Below the pieces are notes generated by a model. That model ran no database searches. It was not told the DNA's origin and saw only the letters and a list, made by a program, of their open reading frames with translations. A stretch of 64,000 nucleotides of DNA from a virus: the IMG/VR virus record IMGVR_UViG_3300024339_000012, positions 25,237-89,236 of that record; one strand, 5' to 3'. This document shows, piece after piece, positions 57,131 to 64,000 of this stretch (position 1 is its first letter; each line of letters starts with the position of its first letter). The position numbers were made by a program, and so were the translations under genes.

Positions 57131-60100
57131 ATGGCTGACGAAAAAAAAAAGTATTCAGTTTCTGAATTCGCAGAAATAATAAGGAATAAATATACCGGTG
57201 CTTATGATGACAAGTCAGACGAAGACTTAGTGGGTGCTTGGCTCAAGAAATATCCCACATATGCCGATTCAATAAGTGACAGTAGATCTATACCTAAAGT
57301 AGAAGAATCTAAAAGGGCTCAATCGCAAAGACCATTTACAAGAGATAATGGTATTGATGAAAATGGAAAAACAAGTGAGTCAAGTCATAAGATGGCCACA
57401 GAAATCTATGACGGTAAATGGTATTCATTTCCTACTATATTTCCCAAAGAAGGTAATACTGGAAGTCGTGATCCTAAAGATTGGATCGATTACAAAAAAG
57501 ACCATGATGGTGCATATCAAGAAGCCAAGAAACGTGGTGAGGTATTCGGCTTTGGTGATGATAAAGAAAAGGCTCTTAAGTTCGGCGAAGGTTCTTGGAA
57601 ACCTAAAGAATCTGAAGTATCTGAGGAATCTAAAGAACCAGACAAGAAAGGCTACGAAACCATATCTATTAATGGCTCTCCAGTTGATGTTAGAAGAAAT
57701 GACGACGGTGAGGTAATTGCCAAACACCCAAAAGCCCAACAATGGAAACCTATCTCAGAATGGGAAGAAAGTAATCCAGACTTTTGGAAGAAAGCTGTAA
57801 AAGCTTATACTGATAAAATAAATCAACCTGTCCAAACAATAAAAGATAAAAGAGTTTCAGACTATCAGTTTAAACGAAAAATATTAACAGATGAAATAGA
57901 TCAGATAAATCTATTATTGATTAGATTACGCAAAGAAAGGCCTAAACCAATGTATGCTGATGAAAGAGGTGGAAAAAGTATTCAGAAACTTGATGACGCA
58001 ATAAAAGCTCTTGAAATATATGATGAACAATACAAAGATGCTGGTAAATTAATATCATATACCGAGAAAGTACAGAAAGATTATTCTACATATGTTCCAA
58101 CAGGTCAGGAAAAAGATATTATTAATACTTCTAAAGCTGCATTTAAACAAAATGAAATTCATGTAGCTGATTTATATTTAAGCTCTTCTCAGAATAAAGA
58201 ATGGGTATTAAAAACAAAAGAAGAAGAATTAGATAAGCAAATAAAAGATTTAAATTCTCTAAATGTTTCTGATGAAGAAAAAGAATCTCACAAAAAGAAA
58301 CTTGATGATTTAAATACAAAAAAGACTCGTACAAGTTTTGAATTAGCTAAACATTTAAAAGCTTCTAATGATGATGGTATAGAACGTATAAAAGAATTAA
58401 GAGTACAGATTGACAATGAAGAAGATCCTGATAAGATTGAAGAGCTTGAAAATGAAATAAGAATACAGCAAGGTTTAAGTGATGCATTCTTTAAAGCTAA
58501 AGGTGATGTTGATAAATATCAGAAAGAAGCTACAAAACAAGCTATCAATAATAATAGTGATGAAATTGTTTCTATGCTTGATGCTATTCCGGCAAACGCA
58601 ACAGAAGAAGAAGCTCTTAATATCTATTTTCAAGCATTACTTTCTGAGCAACAAGATTTGTTAGAAGAAACAAATACAGGAACAGCTATTGGAAATTATA
58701 TGTCAATTTTTGCAGATATTTTCGTACCAAGAAAAGCATATGAAAGACTAGCCGAAATAACACCAATAATACGCTCAATAGCTCCTATAGTGACTTTAAA
58801 TAAACTTCCTGACAGATTAGCTGATACAGATGAAAAAGCTCTTACAGGTAATTGGATTGAAAAAGCTGTAGAGAATGTAGGTAAAGGATTTGGTGTTACA
58901 GTTAAAGAAGCTATGAAAGCTTTTCTACCAGCAACAGCAATGGGTGATGATCATACAACAACTAAGAATGAAGCAGAAGCATTGTCACAAACTATTGAAA
59001 AGCTAGGTTTAAAAGATGCTGTAAATTTAGTTCCACAAGAAGTACTTGAAGACAGAGATTCATTTGATAGATGGACTGCAGGTTGGTTAGGTGAGAAAAC
59101 AGGTCCGACCATGGCTATTATGCTTCCTATGATGGTTGGTTCTATGGCATACACAAAACTTGCAAGACTATCTAAACCTCTTAGAGCTTTAGATAAAATA
59201 GCTAAAACAGGCAAAGTAACTAAAGGTGCTTTTGCTGCAACCAAAGCTACTAAATTAGGTAGGTTTGGTCAGAAGGCAGGCAAAAGTTTAGTTAGAGGTG
59301 GTGCAAAAGCAATCAAAACAGGTTTCCAATATGAAACTGGTGGTATAATATTCTCTGGTAATGAATTAATTGCTGACGAAGCTGATTTCTTATCAGGATT
59401 CTTAGGTACAGTTGGCGAAGGTGGAGTAATGGTTATTCCTATAATGCTCTCTAAAGTATTTGGAAAGAATCTTAGACCGTTTATGGAACTTGCTGCAAGA
59501 TTCGCTAAGAAAGTAGCAAGACCTATCGGTGGTGGTATAGGTGAGAGTAGTGAAGAATTCTTACAATCAACATGGCAGATATATAGAGATAGCGATACTG
59601 CAAAACAATTTGAAGAGCAATGGTTACAACAATTTGGTGATCGTACAGAACGCTTTGACTTTTTTGCTCATACATTTATGATGGGTATGGCTTTCAGAGG
59701 TGCAGCACAATTTGGTGAAATGATGGCTGATGCATCTGCTAAAACATATTTCGGACTATCCAAAGAAGAGAAAAAACAAGCTGATGAATTCGTAAAGAAA
59801 TATATTCAGGACTATGAAAAACAGCAGCGTAAAGAATTTATAGGATATACTGCAGAATTTGATGATGATAACTTATCAATACTTCATGAAGATGCTAAGG
59901 CATGGGTTGAGGATGCTAAAAAAGGTAAGAATAAATCAGAAATAAAAGAAGCTGAGGAAGCCCTAAAAGGTTATGAAGCTGAACTGAAACGCAGAAAAAT
60001 AAGAGATGAACATTCTCAGGTAAAAGCCAATATAGAATTTCTTGAAGCTACAAAGGCACAGCAACTACAAAATAAAAGTGTACTTAAATTAAAGACCAAA

Positions 60101-63100
60101 GCCGAGCGTAAGAAAGCAGCACTGATAGATCTTGCAATTAAGAATATTGATGAACAGCTCGTCGATCTGAATGAGAAGATGGATAAGGCCAGAATCGAAG
60201 AGGCAAAGGCTACATTACCTGTTGTCGAATTTGAAAAGGTTAATCTTCAGAAGAAAATTAGTGAGCTTACTCCTGAAGAGATTGAAGATTACGAAAGTGC
60301 TAAAGAATACTATGAGTTTTCAAAAGTAATAGACAATCCTGAAATTCTTGAAAAAGCTAAAAAGGAACTGATTGCTACTAAGAAACAGAAGCTTATTAAT
60401 CATGTCTATTCTCTTGAGTTAAGGGATAAGGAAAGTAATAAAATTATTGAAGATGATGTTGCTAAACAGGAAGAAGTTAAAGCTCAAAAAGTCATTTCAG
60501 ATAATCATCGCGAGCAGTCACTTGTAGAGGAACACATTCACAATTTAGAAAACAAACTTGAAGAACAAAATAGATTACCAAACCCAAGCGAAAGCATTGT
60601 TAAGAAACTTGAGGGAGAAATATCTGATTCAAAGACAGAACTTGAATTACTTTCTGAACAGGAAAAAGAACTTACTAAGAAACAGGAAAAAGTCACCCCA
60701 AAGAAAAAGGTAACTATTCCTGAAAAGGAAACACTTAAAGCTGAAATTTCTATCAATGTACTTGAGGCTGACGAAGCCATTGACAATGGTGAGAAATTAA
60801 GTCAAAAACAAATTGACCAGGCTTATAACGATGCCTTTGATGAAATTGATAGGCTCGATAAGGAAAAGGGTAATGAGGCCCAGATAGCAGAACTATATAC
60901 ATTCATTGATAAATTAGAAAAATATGGCACAGAAAACAAAGTCCAACCAAAAGAAACGCCTACCCTTGAGAGTGAGGTTAAAACTAAGGAAACTACCGAA
61001 GGAAAAACAGTTTCAACTGCTCGCGAAACATGGAAATCAAAGAAATCCCAGCGAATAAAAGATGAACATCTAAAGTTTAGCGACTTTGATGGTGGTTATG
61101 TTATTTCTGAAGGGAAATTAGGAAATGTAAACAAGGATAACAAAGGTAACTATACCGTTAATTTCAATGATGGAAGTAAACAGGCTGTAGCAAAAGGTGA
61201 AAGATTAGTATCTAAGAAAATGTATCCTGTAAGGGGTGAAATACATATCCATGATAATGACATGGTTTCTTTTGGAGATTCACCTTTTAAATGGAAATTA
61301 ACCGGCATTGGTAAAGGTACTATTCCTGAATCAATGAAACTCAAAAATGATACTGAGGAAATCGAGGTAACAGATCCTGCATTAGTAGAACCAATCGTCA
61401 GAAATAAACTTGAAACAGAGGTTGTAGAAAATGGTAATGTTGAGCAACTTGAACTTGAACTTGATTTTGAATTAAAAAAAGAGGAAGAGAAAAAAGAGAA
61501 AAAGGAAAAACCTCAAGTTGAGATTAAATCCAAGAAACCTGAAGATGTAAAAGAATCTACTGATAAGTCAGGTTATGTTTCCATAATGCCAAAGGCTCAT
61601 AAAGAAGTTACCAGAACCACAGGTGGTGGTGGAGCATCAGCTGCTGTAACAAGTAATTTAATATCTGAGAAGCCACAGGTTGGTGATGTTCTTGAGATTA
61701 GAATAGCAGACAATCCATCTGGTGTAAAACAATTCATTACCGGTAAAGTATATAAGCACTTCATCAATATATTTAAGAACGGCAAACAAGTCGGTGGCAT
61801 TAAATATGAATCAAAAGAAGAAGCTGCATACCTTAAGGCTATAAGTGAAGGAAAACAGCCCAAGGCACTCATAACATCAGTTAATGATAAAAGTCTCTCA
61901 TTTGAGCTTGTTGTACCCAAGACTGGGGCAAAACCTACTGCTACTGAAGATGTGTTTGAAAGTTTCAAGTCGAAGAAGCCAAAAGAAAGCGCACAGGATC
62001 TCATTGACGATGTTTTTATTAAGATTGACGAAATTAATAAAGACAGAAAAGCCAATCCTAATCCTAAAGAATTTGAACTATTCAACAGTACTTCAGGTAC
62101 TCTTAAATACTTATGGAATCTTGTTAAAAATAATGGGTCTACAACCTATAAAGGTCGTGGTGCACAGAACTTACTAAATACTCTTGAAAAATCTAAAGAC
62201 CCGGTTATTGCCGAGATAGTAAGATTATTAAAGCCAAATTTAGGTCGATTAGAAAATATAATATTTAATGGTCAGGCTCTTGGATCGAAGGCAAATAGTC
62301 AGAGAATCCAAATAGGAAAGTTAGATTCAAACAACCAATTCAATGCTGTTTTTATACATGAGCTATTTCATTCTGCTGTAGGATATAAAATAGAACAGCT
62401 TTCTAAAGGTGTAGGAACGGCTCAGGAGCTTGCAAATTACGAACAGTTAAAGGAACTGTTTGAATTCACTAAAGAAAAAGCAATAGAAGAAGGTCAAGAC
62501 TTTTACGCACTAAAAGATGTTCATGAATTTATAAGTGAATTATTCACGAATAAGGAATTCTTTAACTGGGCCAATAATACCCAGTACAATAATAAATCTG
62601 TCATTGATCAGGTTATAGACCTGCTTGCAAAACTATTCGGTTTAAAGTCCGGAAGTATTGCCCATAATGGTTTTGAGTTGGCATTTAAAATTGCTGATAC
62701 CAAAACAGATTATCAAAGCAGTTCAGTATTAGCAAACGAAGCAGCTGCAGATAAAATACTTCAGGACAAAGTAAGGTTTGTCGTAGAAAATGAAGAGTTC
62801 TACATTAACAACTTTGCTGAATTACTACATGGCTTATATCATAGTGATAAATATGACGTTCCTCCATCGCCTACATCATTGATCATTGATTTGAAAGAGG
62901 TGTTATATGCACATGAGAAATATGGTGAAGCAATTAGATTATCACATATTGTTGATGCGAATCGTCAGCAATTAATCAAGATAGCCAAGCTTTTCAAAGA
63001 TGATAAAGAATTCCTTGAATATGAAAGCGAAATAGAGCAAACATTCCAAAGCAGTTCAGCACAGCGAATGAGTTCACAGCGTAAAGCTTTTCTACCATTG

Positions 63101-64000
63101 TTTGATCAGATGAAAGAAGAGGGCGTTTCCTCTCCTGAAAGAAAGATTTACAACATATCTCATTTGCCTGGTGCAGAAAAAGCATTTAAGAATGAAAAAA
63201 CATTAAAAGCTTTCTTAAAAAGACTTGCAAAAGATGAGCCAGTTCTTGCCGGCATACTCAATGATGAAAATCTAATTAGTAAGAATAATTTACTAAGTTT
63301 GTTCAACTTTTCATCTAACACATGGTTAATACCAAGTATATCAATAAAGAGGAATAAAAAAGGTGTTCCAAGAATAATTAACATAAGTCAAAAAGAGAGT
63401 GTTACCGAGAGTATTAACACCATTAAAAAGACAATAAATAACTTTACATATGAAGACTCGAAAACCACAGCCGCTGCCATCAACAAAATGTACAACGACT
63501 ATTTCCAAGGGCCAGATTCAAAAGCCTCCAAAATTCGCAATGATACACCTGAGAAACAACAAAGAGCTAAACTCGACAGTCTCTATAACGAATTCCTAAC
63601 GAAATTAACAGGTTTAGACTGGTCAGGTTATCTGAACAGTCCAAGTACTGAAGAAGAATACGCAAGCGGTAAAATCGACAAACCGAATATCATTAAGTAC
63701 ATGAAAATCGGTGCCAACAGATTTGTTGGTTTTGCAGACTCCAAGAAAAAAGCGAGAGACTATTTCATCACTACCCCTAAGAATGTACAGTCTGAATCCA
63801 ATGTTGTTAAGTTAGTCAATACAGCAAAAGGAACAGATAATATCTCATTCAGATTTAGGAGTGTAGATAATACTATGGAAAGCAGTCTTGAACAGTCTTC
63901 CAACTTTTTACGTTCACTTCATTCTGCAGGTAATAGCATTGATCATGCTGAATATAAAAACAATGGTGTAACTCAACATCTTGCTAAAAATCCTCTTAAT
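57131..64000 (+). CDS. giant virion cargo protein (>2290 aa, truncated by the window) with a zincin-like metallopeptidase motif
   Basis: Starts MADEKKKYSVSEFAEIIRNKY; same frame at the checkpoints read (62342-62560 and the window end); FIHELFH at 62351-62371 and FYALKDVHEFISELF; probably missing from the ORF track because no stop occurs before the window edge. Confidence 0.8.
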   Translation, partial: MADEKKKYSVSEFAEIIRNKYTGAYDDKSDEDLVGAWLKKYPTYADSISDSRSIPKVEESKRAQSQRPFTRDNGIDENGKTSESSHKMATEIYDGKWYSFPTIFPKEGNTGSRDPKDWIDYKKDHDGAYQEAKKRGEVFGFGDDKEKALKFGEGSWKPKESEVSEESKEPDKKGYETISINGSPVDVRRNDDGEVIAKHPKAQQWKPISEWEESNPDFWKKAVKAYTDKINQPVQTIKDKRVSDYQFKRKILTDEIDQINLLLIRLRKERPKPMYADERGGKSIQKLDDAIKALEIYDEQYKDAGKLISYTEKVQKDYSTYVPTGQEKDIINTSKAAFKQNEIHVADLYLSSSQNKEWVLKTKEEELDKQIKDLNSLNVSDEEKESHKKKLDDLNTKKTRTSFELAKHLKASNDDGIERIKELRVQIDNEEDPDKIEELENEIRIQQGLSDAFFKAKGDVDKYQKEATKQAINNNSDEIVSMLDAIPANATEEEALNIYFQALLSEQQDLLEETNTGTAIGNYMSIFADIFVPRKAYERLAEITPIIRSIAPIVTLNKLPDRLADTDEKALTGNWIEKAVENVGKGFGVTVKEAMKAFLPATAMGDDHTTTKNEAEALSQTIEKLGLKDAVNLVPQEVLEDRDSFDRWTAGWLGEKTGPTMAIMLPMMVGSMAYTKLARLSKPLRALDKIAKTGKVTKGAFAATKATKLGRFGQKAGKSLVRGGAKAIKTGFQYETGGIIFSGNELIADEADFLSGFLGTVGEGGVMVIPIMLSKVFGKNLRPFMELAARFAKKVARPIGGGIGESSEEFLQSTWQIYRDSDTAKQFEEQWLQQFGDRTERFDFFAHTFMMGMAFRGAAQFGEMMADASAKTYFGLSKEEKKQADEFVKKYIQDYEKQQRKEFIGYTAEFDDDNLSILHEDAKAWVEDAKKGKNKSEIKEAEEALKGYEAELKRRKIRDEHSQVKANIEFLEATKAQQLQNKSVLKLKTKAERKKAALIDLAIKNIDEQLVDLNEKMDKARIEEAKATLPVVEFEKVNLQKKISELTPEEIEDYESAKEYYEFSKVIDNPEILEKAKKELIATKKQKLINHVYSLELRDKESNKIIEDDVAKQEEVKAQKVISDNHREQSLVEEHIHNLENKLEEQNRLPNPSESIVKKLEGEISDSKTELELLSEQEKELTKKQEKVTPKKKVTIPEKETLKAEISINVLEADEAIDNGEKLSQKQIDQAYNDAFDEIDRLDKEKGNEAQIAELYTFIDKLEKYGTENKVQPKETPTLESEVKTKETTEGKTVSTARETWKSKKSQRIKDEHLKFSDFDGGYVISEGKLGNVNKDNKGNYTVNFNDGSKQAVAKGERLVSKKMYPVRGEIHIHDNDMVSFGDSPFKWKLTGIGKGTIPESMKLKNDTEEIEVTDPALVEPIVRNKLETEVVENGNVEQLELELDFELKKEEEKKEKKEKPQVEIKSKKPEDVKESTDKSGYVSIMPKAHKEVTRTTGGGGASAAVTSNLISEKPQVGDVLEIRIADNPSGVKQFITGKVYKHFINIFKNGKQVGGIKYESKEEAAYLKAISEGKQPKALITSVNDKSLSFELVVPKTGAKPTATEDVFESFKSKKPKESAQDLIDDVFIKIDEINKDRKANPNPKEFELFNSTSGTLKYLWNLVKNNGSTTYKGRGAQNLLNTLEKSKDPVIAEIVRLLKPNLGRLENIIFNGQALGSKANSQRIQIGKLDSNNQFNAVFIHELFHSAVGYKIEQLSKGVGTAQELANYEQLKELFEFTKEKAIEEGQDFYALKDVHEFISELFTNKEFFNWANNTQYNNKSVIDQVIDLLAKLFGLKSGSIAHNGFELAFKIADTKTDYQSSSVLANEAAADKILQDKVRFVVENEEFYINNFAELLHGLYHSDKYDVPPSPTSLIIDLKEVLYAHEKYGEAIRLSHIVDANRQQLIKIAKLFKDDKEFLEYESEIEQTFQSSSAQRMSSQRKAFLPLFDQMKEEGVSSPERKIYNISHLPGAEKAFKNEKTLKAFLKRLAKDEPVLAGILNDENLISKNNLLSLFNFSSNTWLIPSISIKRNKKGVPRIINISQKESVTESINTIKKTINNFTYEDSKTTAAAINKMYNDYFQGPDSKASKIRNDTPEKQQRAKLDSLYNEFLTKLTGLDWSGYLNSPSTEEEYASGKIDKPNIIKYMKIGANRFVGFADSKKKARDYFITTPKNVQSESNVVKLVNTAKGTDNISFRFRSVDNTMESSLEQSSNFLRSLHSAGNSIDHAEYKNNGVTQHLAKNPLN

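Noticed and set aside
57348-63384. Short ORFs listed in the track for the last 7 kb
   Set aside because: They are off-frame or antisense to the single giant ORF starting at 57131.
1-64000. Stop-codon reassignment (TAG/TGA), as in some crAss-like phages
   Set aside because: Long genes are intact in the standard code and TAG/TGA serve as real stops (e.g. 4260, 41873, 7309); no suppressor tRNA was seen.
1-64000. Integrase, diversity-generating retroelement, introns or inteins
   Set aside because: No tyrosine/serine recombinase or reverse transcriptase motifs were seen; terminase, primase-helicase and capsid genes are uninterrupted and of normal length.

Overview
The window is part of a crAss-like (Crassvirales-related) podophage genome, read in the standard genetic code. 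A Bacteroidota host is inferred from repeated TAnnTTTG -7 promoter boxes and AT-rich leaders without Shine-Dalgarno sequences. Layout: (1) 1-7.8 kb (+): end of a tail-fibre-like gene, a lysis cassette (holin-like genes, DUF5675 peptidase, spanin-like pair) and a glycosyltransferase plus two methyltransferases. (2) 7.9-31.5 kb (-): early and replication arm with a GroES-like protein, UNG, NinB-like, SSB-like, AAA_24 ATPase, HU-like, Twinkle/T7-gp4-type primase-helicase, initiator-like protein and SF2 helicase. It also holds a PRTRC ubiquitin-like cassette (E, C/Ub, F-position gene, B/E2, ThiF/E1), DUF932-like and RadC/JAB genes, many small ORFs separated by a repeated hairpin + U-tract unit, and a candidate structured RNA. 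(3) 31.7-35.6 kb (+): three integron-attC-like hairpins delimiting small gene cassettes, ending in a Tad2/DUF2829-like gene, then a PD-(D/E)XK nuclease. (4) 35.7-64 kb (+): crAss-type morphogenesis block (terminase, portal, scaffold-like, major capsid, ring proteins, a 5-deep nested-domain protein, IHF-like, muzzle, cargo proteins) and a >2290-aa zincin-containing ORF running off the right edge. Strongest leads: the integrase-less attC-like cassette array, the phage-borne PRTRC system, the nested-domain structural protein and the structured RNA. All family assignments come from motif recognition and synteny by eye; no searches were run.
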